Shown here in pieces: positions 28,377 through 37,912 of a stretch of 64,000 nucleotides of DNA. A model generated the notes under the pieces. It searched no databases and had not been told where the DNA came from. It worked only from the letters and a program-made list of their open reading frames with translations. Both the position numbers and the translations under genes were made by a program. Each line of letters starts with the position of its first letter. The first letter of the stretch is position 1. This DNA is from Acidisarcina polymorpha. GTDB lineage: Bacteria > Acidobacteriota > Terriglobia > Terriglobales > Acidobacteriaceae. The stretch is from NCBI RefSeq assembly GCF_003330725.1, contig NZ_CP030840.1:5820116-5884115 (forward strand). The letters are read 5' to 3'.

Positions 28377-29341
28377 GGCACCCGCGTGAGTGATTCGCTC
28401 CTGTCCAGGAGCGCCGTCTGCGACTCGGTTGCCGGGGTGAGTAGTCGGGGGAGTTGCAAAATAATGGTGGTCCCCTTACCTTCGCCGGCGCTCTCTGCCC
28501 GGGCATCGCCGCCATGCTGGCGAACGATGCTTCGCACCAGGAATAGTCCAAGTCCAGTCCCTTTCACCTTGAGCAGAGACATATTGGGCACCCGGTAGAA
28601 GCGTTTAAAGATGCCTTTCAGGTGCGCCGCCGGAACTCCGATGCCATCATCGGTCACCCGAATCAGTATCCAGGCATCGTTTTCCAGCGAGATGCTCACA
28701 CGTACTGCTACTTGTTCGGGAGAATACTTAACCGCGTTGTCGAGCACATTGAGGATGGCCGAATGAAGATCCTGCCGGTCTCCGCTGACCGCGAGAAGCG
28801 TCTGATGGTCGACCGGTTGAAGGGTTATCCTATCGGGCTCAAGATGATATCGCTGAAGCGTGATCTGAATGCATTCCTTGACCAGCGTCAGCAGGTCGAC
28901 CTCTACTCGCACCTGGTTCTTCTTCGCCCGCTGCCCAACCTCACCCGCCTTCAGGACCTGTTCGATGGTAGCAAGGAGGCGCTCGCTATCGGCCAGCATA
29001 ATACCGTAGAACTCCTGCCTTTGGGCCTCGGGCAAGTTGCGGCGCTGCAGGGTTTCGAGGTAGAGGCGGATCGAGGCGACTGGTGTTTTCAGTTCATGAG
29101 TGACCGCATTTAGAAAGCTATCGTGATGCTCATTGCGCCGGACTTCGCGAACCAGAAAGATGGTGTTCAAGATCACTCCGGCGATGAGCAGTGCAAAGAA
29201 TGGAATCCCTAAAACCAGGGGCACCAGACGACGCCAGTTGAGGATGATCCAGCCAAATTGCAGGGTTACGGCCAAGGCAACCATGCAGACGCCGAGCGAG
29301 ATGAAAAGAGCGATAGCGCGGCGGCGGCGAATATTGCGCAT
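28373..29341 (-). CDS. Sensor histidine kinase (intramembrane-sensing type, two TM segments and no periplasmic domain)
   Basis: H-box AVTHELKTPVASI. N, G1 and G2 boxes (DNAVKYS, DDGIGV, GTGLGL). Overlaps the response regulator by 4 nt. Confidence 0.8.
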   Translation of the reverse strand: MRNIRRRRAIALFISLGVCMVALAVTLQFGWIILNWRRLVPLVLGIPFFALLIAGVILNTIFLVREVRRNEHHDSFLNAVTHELKTPVASIRLYLETLQRRNLPEAQRQEFYGIMLADSERLLATIEQVLKAGEVGQRAKKNQVRVEVDLLTLVKECIQITLQRYHLEPDRITLQPVDHQTLLAVSGDRQDLHSAILNVLDNAVKYSPEQVAVRVSISLENDAWILIRVTDDGIGVPAAHLKGIFKRFYRVPNMSLLKVKGTGLGLFLVRSIVRQHGGDARAESAGEGKGTTIILQLPRLLTPATESQTALLDRSESLTRVP

Positions 29342-29440
29342 GAAGGTAGAGTCGACCCTCTCCCAGTATATCGGGCGAGGTGTCTCTTTCTTGCTCTGCT
29401 TTCTTGTTCTGACAAAGGCGCACTTCGAAGAACCTAGCAG

Positions 29441-30304
29441 CTAAACCCAGCGGAATCGTCTTAGCAGTAACAACAGGAAGACTGTAGACAAGAACATCGC
29501 CGCACCGATGTATTCCGAACCATAGTCGCTCTCGAGAAAAGGAAGGCCCTTCAGGTTCATACCGTAAATGCCCGAGATCACCAGGGCGGGAAGGGCAATC
29601 GTGCTGAGCACGGTAAGTACTTTCATCACCTGGTTGGTGCGGTTGGCTACGCTCGACAGATAGACGTCCAGCGTGTTGTTCAACAGGTCGCGCATCGTGT
29701 CGATGGTGTCAGCGAGTCGAAGGAGGTGGTCGTAGACGTCGCGAAAAAATGGATAGAGGTTCTCATCCACGAGGGTCCCAGTGTTTCTTTGCAGGTGAAT
29801 GCCGACATCGCGAGTGGCGACGACGATACGCCTTAGATCGATCAGCTGCCGCTTGTTGTCAAAGATTTTTTCTAGAATTTTTGGTGAAGGATCATCGAGT
29901 ACGTCATCTTCGATCAGGTCAATTCGATCGTCGAGGCGGTCGACGATGACGAAATACGAGTCCACGATCGTGTCAAAGATCAGGTAAAGGATCTTCCCGG
30001 GAGAGATATCCGAACCCGCGCGCCAGGCGCGTTCCATCGCTTCTCGCACTGAAGAGCAGCTCATATCGCCAACTGTGATACAGAAGTCCCGTCCCACAAA
30101 GATATGCAATGGAGATTCGCTGGTCTCTTCATCGACGATCTTCAGCGGTTTCAGGATGACAAAGAGATAGTCGGGAGTCTCTTCGGCTTTGATACGTCCT
30201 TCCGCGTTCCGGCAATCTTCTACATGCAACGAGTGCAGTTTGTACTTTTCGGCCAACTCATCGAGTTGTTCGCTATCGTTCGCTTCGAGTTGATACCAGG
30301 CCAA
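29441..30304 (-). CDS. corA: CorA-family Mg2+/Co2+ transporter
   Basis: YGMNLKG (GMN motif) before the last TM segment. Two C-terminal TM segments. Confidence 0.8.
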   Translation of the reverse strand: MAWYQLEANDSEQLDELAEKYKLHSLHVEDCRNAEGRIKAEETPDYLFVILKPLKIVDEETSESPLHIFVGRDFCITVGDMSCSSVREAMERAWRAGSDISPGKILYLIFDTIVDSYFVIVDRLDDRIDLIEDDVLDDPSPKILEKIFDNKRQLIDLRRIVVATRDVGIHLQRNTGTLVDENLYPFFRDVYDHLLRLADTIDTMRDLLNNTLDVYLSSVANRTNQVMKVLTVLSTIALPALVISGIYGMNLKGLPFLESDYGSEYIGAAMFLSTVFLLLLLRRFRWV

Positions 30305-30489
30305 TGGACTCTCTCCAGAATCTACGGTAAGCCGGGTACTTGCCGCGCAACCCGGCCGCGGTCTTAATTTACTACGTCTTCACAAGATTGCCGCTCTCTT
30401 CCCGGATCTTAACGGATCCAGGGTTCCGGCTGGCGATCGTCTTAACCCCTGATCTCGATTCCTGGCATGGGAGCCACCGAGACGAGAAA

Positions 30490-31170
30490 CTAATCTCCCT
30501 TCTCGATATACCCCTTCGGGTGCGACTTGAGTTCGCTCAGCAGGGTTTCAATCTGTTCCTCCCGCTCCAGCTTGCGAAACCGGTCGTCCAGCGAATCCAT
30601 CTCCATGAGCGACCGGGATGCGCTGTTCGCCGCCTCATCCTCCAGCACTTTCATTCTCATGCGGTGCATAGAACGAGTGAGCGTATCGCCAGTCGCCGTT
30701 GTCCGGGCCGGGTGCGCCTTACCGGCTATACGTGCCCGGCGGCTTTGCGCGATCAACAACTCGCATCGGCCCTCGGTCTCTTTGAGCTTCTGCTGAAGCT
30801 TGTTGTAGTTCGCTCGCATGATCTCAGCTTCCGCGGACTGGTCTTCAATTTGCTGGGCGAAACCCTCCGCGAGTTGATGGTGCGACAAGCTGCGGTCGAG
30901 TGCAGCGCGAGCCAGGTCATCGTGTCCTTTGCTGACCGCGATCTCCGCCTTACGATGCCATGCGGCGGCCACATCGTCATGCTCCGTCTTCTTCTTTTCC
31001 AACATATGTTGATCGGCAATGGCGATGGCCACCTGGGTTTTCACTTGAAGCAATTGATTTTCCATATCAAGAAGCAGCTGTCGCAGCATCTTCTCGGGGT
31101 CTTCGGCTTTACCGATCAAATCATTTACGTTCGCGCGAAGCAGCGTAGAGACTCGTTCTAACAATGCCAT
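30490..31170 (-). CDS. pspA: PspA/IM30-family membrane-stress protein
   Basis: N-terminus MALLERVSTLLRANVNDLIGKAEDPEKMLRQ. Coiled coil throughout. Confidence 0.8.
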   Translation of the reverse strand: MALLERVSTLLRANVNDLIGKAEDPEKMLRQLLLDMENQLLQVKTQVAIAIADQHMLEKKKTEHDDVAAAWHRKAEIAVSKGHDDLARAALDRSLSHHQLAEGFAQQIEDQSAEAEIMRANYNKLQQKLKETEGRCELLIAQSRRARIAGKAHPARTTATGDTLTRSMHRMRMKVLEDEAANSASRSLMEMDSLDDRFRKLEREEQIETLLSELKSHPKGYIEKGD

Positions 31171-31270
31171 GGTGTACTCCTTCTAGTTATCGACTTTGCA
31201 ACAGGCCCTGAGGATCTCACTTGCCTCGGCCGGGTTAACGGCCAGGAAGTTCCCACCTCCTTTGAGCAGT

Positions 31271-32731
31271 TCATTGCGCGGATCGGTCAGCCCGCTCGCC
31301 ATCCGTGCGAGGTTTCATCGGCTTGATATTGCCCATAAGGTCTTTGAGATTCATACCGGACAGGGCCTCGAAAAGGGCCGGCACCTGAGAGGCGATCTTC
31401 GTCATCTCCCCGGTCAGTTTGTTGGCGCCAATATTATCGTCGCTCCCCGTGGAAACAATGGTGATCTTGTCGACCCTGGATAGCGGTTCGGCCATGGCGC
31501 GGACGACCTCGGCCATATTACTGATGAGCCGATCGACAACCGCGGCCTGGGTCCATCCCTGGTAAGCGGCGGCTTTTACGTTCATCGCCTTGGCCTCGGC
31601 TTCGCCTTTCTGGAAGATGATTGCCGCCTCAGCCTCGCCTTGCACCCGAATGACGGAAGCCTGCGCCTCCCCGCCGGTACGCGTGGCGGCGGCGCGGCCC
31701 TCGGCTTCGATCGTTAACCGGGAACGCTCAGCAGCGGCGATGTTCTCGACCCGCTGGCGCTCGATCTCGGATTGTTTCAGTACGGTGGCGATCAATTCCT
31801 TCTCGTGGCGCAGGATCTCTGCCTCCTGCACCTTGATCTGCTGCTCCTTCTCGATCTGCTGGATCTTCACCTGCGCGGCGATCACCTGTTGCTGCATGAC
31901 ATTGGTTTGAAGCTCATAGGCCTTGTCGGCCTGCGCTTCCTGTCTTCGGCTTTGCTCCATGAACTGCGCTTTCTGGATGTCCAGATCTCGCTGGGCCTCC
32001 GCCTGTTTGGCGAGCGAAGCAGTCTCCGCAATGACCCGCTCCTGATCGGCGGCGGACTTGGCGACAGCCGCCTCGCGGAGAGCGTTCGCCCGGCGGATCG
32101 CAGTATCGCGCTCCGCCTCGGCGGCTGCGATTTCGGCATCGCGGCGAATGCGGGCAATATCCGGACGGCCCATATTAGTGATGTATTCGTTCTGGTCGCG
32201 GACTTCCTTGATGGTGAACGAAATCACTTCCAGGCCCATCTTGCTCATGTCTGCCGCACAGGTGGAGCGCATCCGGTCGGCAACCATCTCGGGCTCCTTG
32301 ACAATCTGCTCGACGGTGAGCTGGCCGATGATGCCTCGCAGATGGCCTTCCATAACCAGTCGGATAAGGCCTTCCCGTTCCGGCGGGGTCTTGGTGAGGA
32401 ACTGTTCGGCAGCGGTGAGGATGGACTCGTTGTCCGAGCGGACCTTGATCTGTGCGACCGCTTCGACAGTGACCGCGACGCCCTGCTTGGTGTAGAGGTC
32501 CTGCTTGGGCGCCACGTCGAAGCTCATCAGTTCAAGCGAAAGCTGGCGGGCGTTTTCGACGACCGGAAAGATGATGGCGCCATGGCCGCGAATGATTCGT
32601 GGACCCCGGAAGCCATAGACAATGACCGCTTCGTTGGGGCCTGCTTTCCGAAACATCTTCGCGATAAGCGCGAGAATGACAAGGGTTGCGGCAACGGCGA
32701 GTCCGATGATAATCACCACTAAGCTGGGCAT
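31271..32731 (-). CDS. Flotillin-family SPFH/band-7 protein (YqiK-like)
   Basis: N-terminal TM segment, an SPFH domain, then a long EA-rich coiled coil (AEAERDTAIRRANALREAAVAKSAADQERV...). Confidence 0.8.
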   Translation of the reverse strand: MPSLVVIIIGLAVAATLVILALIAKMFRKAGPNEAVIVYGFRGPRIIRGHGAIIFPVVENARQLSLELMSFDVAPKQDLYTKQGVAVTVEAVAQIKVRSDNESILTAAEQFLTKTPPEREGLIRLVMEGHLRGIIGQLTVEQIVKEPEMVADRMRSTCAADMSKMGLEVISFTIKEVRDQNEYITNMGRPDIARIRRDAEIAAAEAERDTAIRRANALREAAVAKSAADQERVIAETASLAKQAEAQRDLDIQKAQFMEQSRRQEAQADKAYELQTNVMQQQVIAAQVKIQQIEKEQQIKVQEAEILRHEKELIATVLKQSEIERQRVENIAAAERSRLTIEAEGRAAATRTGGEAQASVIRVQGEAEAAIIFQKGEAEAKAMNVKAAAYQGWTQAAVVDRLISNMAEVVRAMAEPLSRVDKITIVSTGSDDNIGANKLTGEMTKIASQVPALFEALSGMNLKDLMGNIKPMKPRTDGERADRSAQ

Positions 32732-32818
32732 AATGTTCCTTTTGCGAATGTTGCGTTGTGTCGTGTCGACATATGAATTCCACGGCCTGACCGGTAATAC
32801 GTACCGCGAACGGTGAGG

Positions 32819-33415
32819 TCAAGTCCGCCGCGGCTCCTGCCTGGCGGGTTCTTCAAATTCGTCAAGCTCGGTAAATGGGCGCACCCAGGCGATGCCCTGC
32901 TCATAGCGCATCACCAACACCTGGGTATCGCGAATGATCGATTGGCCGTCTTCGGAGCGAGCGGCCGCGCAGCGGCGGGTGCCGTCGAGAGAAAACAGAA
33001 TCTCTCCCAGACCGCCGGGCATGACCGGAGAGCTGACCTGGGCGACGACGCCGCGCATTTCAGTATCCTCGGGAAGCAGCACCCGCTCATGGGGAAGCAG
33101 CACTTTGGCCAGAAATCCAAAGATAAGAGCGGCGCCAGCGACGCCGGTGACCACTGCCAATAAAAATATCAAGGGCGCGATCGTGAAGCGGTAGTAGCTG
33201 AGAAGATAGCCCGCACCCCCGAACCAGCACAGGAAGGCCATGGCGGTAAACAAGTTGAACGGAGAAGCGCCGTCTGCGCGCCCATGTCCAACCGGACCAT
33301 GATGGCCGAGGTGCAGGTGGCCCGCGTGGAAGTGGCCAAAGCCGCCCACGAACGACAGGACGCTAAGCGCCAATCCCACACCGAAACAGACTAGATAGAA
33401 CGACTCCAAATTCAT
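32819..33415 (-). CDS. NfeD-family membrane protein (YqiJ-like)
   Basis: N-terminal TM helices with His-rich GHFHAGHLHLGHHGPVGHG, and a C-terminal OB-fold β-barrel. Sits immediately upstream of the flotillin gene. Confidence 0.7.
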   Translation of the reverse strand: MNLESFYLVCFGVGLALSVLSFVGGFGHFHAGHLHLGHHGPVGHGRADGASPFNLFTAMAFLCWFGGAGYLLSYYRFTIAPLIFLLAVVTGVAGAALIFGFLAKVLLPHERVLLPEDTEMRGVVAQVSSPVMPGGLGEILFSLDGTRRCAAARSEDGQSIIRDTQVLVMRYEQGIAWVRPFTELDEFEEPARQEPRRT

Positions 33416-33978
33416 TGCCGTCTCTTTCTTTTTTTCGCTTCCGGCGTTTGAAGAGCCACCGAGTGGGCGTTTATCGGCGAAGCCTTTTTTGCGAATGGGC
33501 GACTATCCCGAATTTCGGGCCGAAGCAACTCGAGCAGCCGCTCTGCCAGGGACGGGGTTTCGAGAATCGCCTCCAGCAGCAACAGGCAGTTGCGCGACTC
33601 CGCATGGCGGGCGAGCGTCAGTAGCGCTTTACAGAGCTTGGGATCACGCCGGAACCGCTCCGCCCCACCGATGAGCCAGAGATCGAGCTTGTCCTCTAGA
33701 GCCCGGACATCGGAGAGCAACTCGGCGTGATATCCCTCCGGATCATCCACGAGGTAACCGGGGTGGACTTTGAAGAACCGCGCCAGCAATAAGCGGGTGG
33801 TGTTGGTGAGATGAGGACGAGAACCGGACTCTATCTGGGACAAGTAGGACTGCGAGATGCCGCCCCCGGTCTCGGTCTCAATTGCGCGTACGAGCTCCTG
33901 TTGAGTCATGGCTCTATCCAGGCCACGCAGCGATCCCTCTACCTCGCGCAGGTATCGAACTTTATCAGAGAGTTTCAT
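33412..33978 (-). CDS. XRE-family helix-turn-helix transcriptional regulator
   Basis: QQELVRAIETETGGGISQSYLSQIESG matches the HTH_3 pattern. Overlaps nfeD by 4 nt. The start is taken at MKLSDKV. Confidence 0.7.
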   Translation of the reverse strand: MKLSDKVRYLREVEGSLRGLDRAMTQQELVRAIETETGGGISQSYLSQIESGSRPHLTNTTRLLLARFFKVHPGYLVDDPEGYHAELLSDVRALEDKLDLWLIGGAERFRRDPKLCKALLTLARHAESRNCLLLLEAILETPSLAERLLELLRPEIRDSRPFAKKASPINAHSVALQTPEAKKRKRRQ

Positions 33979-34195
33979 TGCAGCGGGCTCCCCGAAAAGC
34001 CTATAACAAATTGCAATAATTATATTGCAGATTGCAATTCTGTCAAGAACGGACCGAATGGTTCCCGGGCAGGTGCGAGAATCGGATGAAGTAACCATTT
34101 GCAGAGGGTGTCCGGTGGCTTCTTCTTGAAAGGGCCAAGCATCGCATCGGCTGGAAAGTTCACAGGAGCTGCGAAGATGCTCATGGGAGAGTGGG

Positions 34196-35521
34196 ATGAC
34201 TCAGTTTTGGTCCAATTGGCGGCGGTTGTGGTGCATGTGGCTTGCGGGCGTCACAATTTCCGCGACCGTGGCTTTTCCCCAGCCGCCGCATCTGAGCGTG
34301 CCCGGTCAGCCGACCCACGCGTGGACGGAGTTTACTTCAGAAGGGGTAAGCGTTCGCGCGATCATCAACGGGCCGGATTGCCCGTCCGTCAGCGTTGACG
34401 GCGAGTCGATCCCGATGGCGGTGCGCGCGAAGTCCAGCGCCGAGTTCCCGGTGACTACTTGTCAGACGCTCATTCCTTCAGGTGCGAAATCCGCTGTGGT
34501 CAATGGACAGACGCTCGCGCTTGCGCCGCGCAAGCTGAGGCGGATTGTGGTGATTGGCGACACGGGTTGCCGTTTAAAGGGCGCCGAGGTGCAAGATTGC
34601 AACGATCCGAAAATATGGCCGTTCGCCACCATGATCAGGAACGCCGCGGCTAAGCATCCAGACTTGGTGATCCACGTCGGCGACTACTATTACCGGGAGA
34701 CCTCTTGTCCGGAGCAGCGGCCGGGCTGCAACGGCAGTCCTCATGGAGACCTCTGGGACAGCTGGCGCCTGGACTTCTTCGATCCGGCTTCAAGTCTGTT
34801 GGCCGCCGCACCCTGGATCTTTGCCCGCGGAAATCACGAACAATGTGGGCGAGGTTCGAGCGGCTGGTTTCGCTTTCTCGACGCTGCGTCGGCTCCGTTG
34901 ACGTGCCCCGCGACCTCGGCGCCGTTTGCCGTACACTTCGACCGGCTTCAGCTCGATGTCATCGACACTGCCGATGTTGTTGACAAGCAGCTCAGTATCG
35001 ATCGGCTCGCGTTCTATCAGAAGCAGATATCTGCGATTCCGGCTAACGCTTCGGTCAATAAGAAACAGGAGGCGACCTGGGTGATCACCCACAAGCCGCT
35101 TTGGGGCTACGAACTCACGCGTGCCGGGCAATCCATGATCGCGCAAAATCCCATGCTTGCGGCCGCGGCCGAGATGATGGATACACCGAGAAGCGTCCAA
35201 TTGCCGGGTGTGGACCTGTTGCTTGCCGGGCATATTCATCTTTTTGGCGCGCTCGACTTCTCGAGCAATCAGGCATCGTTGCGGCCTGCCCAACTCATTG
35301 TCGGCGATAGCGGCACTGCGCTCGATTCGGCGGACGTTCGCAGTGGTGAAGAGACGATCGACGGTCTCTTGGCAAAGTATGTGGTCAAAGGCAACTTCGG
35401 TTATTTTGTTCTAGATCGAAAAAAGAAGGGCTGGACCGGCATCCTCTACAGCACCGAAGATGCGCCGCTGGTGCGATGCACCTATCACCAGCGGCAGATC
35501 GAATGTCAGGCTGTGGAGTAG
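34196..35521 (+). CDS. Secreted calcineurin-like metallophosphoesterase (purple-acid-phosphatase-like)
   Basis: GDTG, GDYYY, GNHE and the GHIHLF metal-ligand series. N-terminal signal or TM segment. Confidence 0.75.
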   Translation: MTQFWSNWRRLWCMWLAGVTISATVAFPQPPHLSVPGQPTHAWTEFTSEGVSVRAIINGPDCPSVSVDGESIPMAVRAKSSAEFPVTTCQTLIPSGAKSAVVNGQTLALAPRKLRRIVVIGDTGCRLKGAEVQDCNDPKIWPFATMIRNAAAKHPDLVIHVGDYYYRETSCPEQRPGCNGSPHGDLWDSWRLDFFDPASSLLAAAPWIFARGNHEQCGRGSSGWFRFLDAASAPLTCPATSAPFAVHFDRLQLDVIDTADVVDKQLSIDRLAFYQKQISAIPANASVNKKQEATWVITHKPLWGYELTRAGQSMIAQNPMLAAAAEMMDTPRSVQLPGVDLLLAGHIHLFGALDFSSNQASLRPAQLIVGDSGTALDSADVRSGEETIDGLLAKYVVKGNFGYFVLDRKKKGWTGILYSTEDAPLVRCTYHQRQIECQAVE

Positions 35522-35527
35522 AGCCAA

Positions 35528-37714
35528 TTACTCGTGTCTCCGGAGGGGATGGCCGGTCGGTCCAGACCCTGTGTTGCCGGTTGCTTCGACGACGGTCAGG
35601 GTAATTGGACTCATATCCGCAAGGCCGCCTCCGGCAGCTGTCAGCAACAGCTGACTCGAACCGAACCCTGCTGTCTTTGAGGCGGTGAGCGTAAGCACGC
35701 TGTTCCCGGCGCCGGGCGCGGAGAAGACTGCCGGGGCAAATTTTGCCGTAACTCCAGGAGGCAATCCACTCAGTGCGAGAGTTACCGAGGCATTGAATCC
35801 GCTGCTCGCGATAGTCTTCACCAGAAGCGTTTCAGTGTCGCCTCGGGACAGTGTGGCTTGCGGCCTGCTTACGCTGAGTGTCAGGCTGCTGAGTGGGACG
35901 CCGCCCCAGGCGGTCACCAGCTTCTCCGCATCGACTGAACCCAGGCCAGAGGCCGGATCGTATCCGGCGGCTGCGGAATAGCCGGTCACTCCGGGCACGC
36001 TGTTATTGCCGGAGACAATATCGTGGAAAACGCCGCCACCGGCCGCTGCCAGCTTATAAAGCTGAGGGTTGGCATTCCCCAAGTGCGCTTGCATTTTTTG
36101 TTCCACCAGAGCGAGCAGGCCTGCAAATGAAGGCGCGGCCGCCGAGGTACCGCTGAAGACATATAAGCCGCCACTCACCTGCACCAGATAACCATCATGG
36201 CCAGCCGCGGATAAGGCCACGTCGGGGAGATCGCGCCTTCCATCCTTGGGCACTCCCGAGCCAGTCTGCCAGGCCGGCTTCGGATAGACGCTACTGGCGC
36301 CGCCTCCAGTCGACCATAAGCCAGAAGACCCACTCTCGTTCCAGACGACCTCAGGAATATAGCCAAGGGCCGACTCCTCTCCGACACCATTCGTCTTTCC
36401 CCAAAAGATTGCCGGGTTACCCAGGTCATTGAATTCCGTGCCGCCCACACAAGTGTTGTAAGGCGTAGAACACATTCCGTTCACGCCTCTTCCATGTGTC
36501 GCCCGGGTTGCATTCGCGGAGTCGCACCCGGCCGCTCCGCTATCTCCCGCCGAGACCAGGATGGTCATTCCTTGCACCGCCGCCTGCTGCCATAAGGAAT
36601 TCAGGAAACTGTTGCCGCCGGCGCCAAGTGACGCCTCGCAAAGCCCGTAACTGAGGCTCACAATGGACGCTACGTTGCGGTTGACCGCATAAAGCGCCGA
36701 GAGGAAGACGCCATCGCTGACTGCGGTCGATGCCGAGGTAACGAAGTCTATCGTGGCCTTGCTGGCGACCGCGCCCGACCATTCCACATCAAGCATCGAT
36801 TCGTAGTAATCGCCTTGGCTTGCTCTCCCTGGATCGCTCCCGTTCACTATAACGACCGGGTCTTTTGCCGCTAATCCAAACTGGCTGCGAAACGACCGGA
36901 TATCGCTGAGGGTAATGTCCGACCGACCGAGAATGGCGATCGTCACACCGGAACCATCGTAGGCCTGATGGTACAGCGAACTGACGTCATAGATGGCGGC
37001 AAAATCCGCGGGAGACAAATAGTGGGTCCCCCCCGCCGAGTATTCCGGCGTGACTTTTTGGGATCGGTGTTGGGGAGTGCTGAACAAATCATGAAGCGAA
37101 ACCACTCCATTGATGACCCCGGACAGCGCCAGCGGAATGGTCGGCTCGGTGGCGTTCGCTAGGTGATCCTCTCCACCGAAACGGTAGGTGCGCATAGAAG
37201 TGTGGAAAGCCGCCTCCACCTGTCCGCTGGTGCCGCTAAAGAGCAGCGTGCGGTGGTTTGCGGCTATCTCATCGACTTGCAGACCGTAGCGTTCCAGCCA
37301 TCGCTGCACCTGCTCGATATCGGCATTCGACGCACCGAAGTGCTCTGCGTAGATTTCCGGCGTCAGCCACTGGCGGTAAAGGGGTGAATCAGGATTTTGT
37401 TGCGCCACGAGCAGCGCATCCAACCCCGACTGTTGTGAGGCATCCGGCTTGAGCTCGAGCAAAATGTGATGAAAGGGGCGGTCACTTTCAACGGTTCCCG
37501 TCTGGTAGGCCAGAAGCGCCTGAGGCAGGGTGTTGCCATAGAGAACCACTCGGTCCTCATCATCCACGGGGAGCACGACCCGATCGAACGGATGCACGGC
37601 CTCTAAGGCAGCATCGACCGAAGACTGCGCGAAAGCTGCGGTGAGTAAGGCGGAGGGCAGCAGAACAAACGAGAGAGCAGAGAGGGAAAGAAAGGAACAT
37701 TTTCCGTAGCGCAT
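35528..37714 (-). CDS. S53 sedolisin/kumamolisin-family serine peptidase with pro-domain and C-terminal extension
   Basis: Signal peptide. Pro-kumamolisin activation domain. Catalytic Glu/Asp region, SAGDSGAAGC, and GTSAAAPSFAG (catalytic Ser). Confidence 0.85.
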   Translation of the reverse strand: MRYGKCSFLSLSALSFVLLPSALLTAAFAQSSVDAALEAVHPFDRVVLPVDDEDRVVLYGNTLPQALLAYQTGTVESDRPFHHILLELKPDASQQSGLDALLVAQQNPDSPLYRQWLTPEIYAEHFGASNADIEQVQRWLERYGLQVDEIAANHRTLLFSGTSGQVEAAFHTSMRTYRFGGEDHLANATEPTIPLALSGVINGVVSLHDLFSTPQHRSQKVTPEYSAGGTHYLSPADFAAIYDVSSLYHQAYDGSGVTIAILGRSDITLSDIRSFRSQFGLAAKDPVVIVNGSDPGRASQGDYYESMLDVEWSGAVASKATIDFVTSASTAVSDGVFLSALYAVNRNVASIVSLSYGLCEASLGAGGNSFLNSLWQQAAVQGMTILVSAGDSGAAGCDSANATRATHGRGVNGMCSTPYNTCVGGTEFNDLGNPAIFWGKTNGVGEESALGYIPEVVWNESGSSGLWSTGGGASSVYPKPAWQTGSGVPKDGRRDLPDVALSAAGHDGYLVQVSGGLYVFSGTSAAAPSFAGLLALVEQKMQAHLGNANPQLYKLAAAGGGVFHDIVSGNNSVPGVTGYSAAAGYDPASGLGSVDAEKLVTAWGGVPLSSLTLSVSRPQATLSRGDTETLLVKTIASSGFNASVTLALSGLPPGVTAKFAPAVFSAPGAGNSVLTLTASKTAGFGSSQLLLTAAGGGLADMSPITLTVVEATGNTGSGPTGHPLRRHE

Positions 37715-37912
37715 CGAGGCTCCGTCGGGGGAGAGTGCGGCATGTGCCAGCCCGCTCTCTTCATCGGCGCCAGATTAAAAAGCGCTAAGGATTGTGATTA
37801 AAAGCGCAACAGAAAAGCGCAGCTGCCGAAAACCGGCAACTGCGCTGCTATGAATTCCCGTTCATTGGAGAAGCTAATTCTTCGAACCCTAAATGCCGAA
37901 TTGGCCTCTGCC

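Noticed and set aside
31171-31270. σ54 (-24/-12) promoter upstream of pspA
   Set aside because: Candidate GG/GC elements have the wrong spacing (GG-N6-GC, and an off-by-one GG-N11-GC). There is no convincing TGGCAC-N5-TTGCW.
30340-32722. 273-aa and 316-aa + strand ORFs
   Set aside because: Antisense to pspA and flotillin. The Leu/His-rich shadow frames come from EA-rich coiled-coil coding on the other strand.
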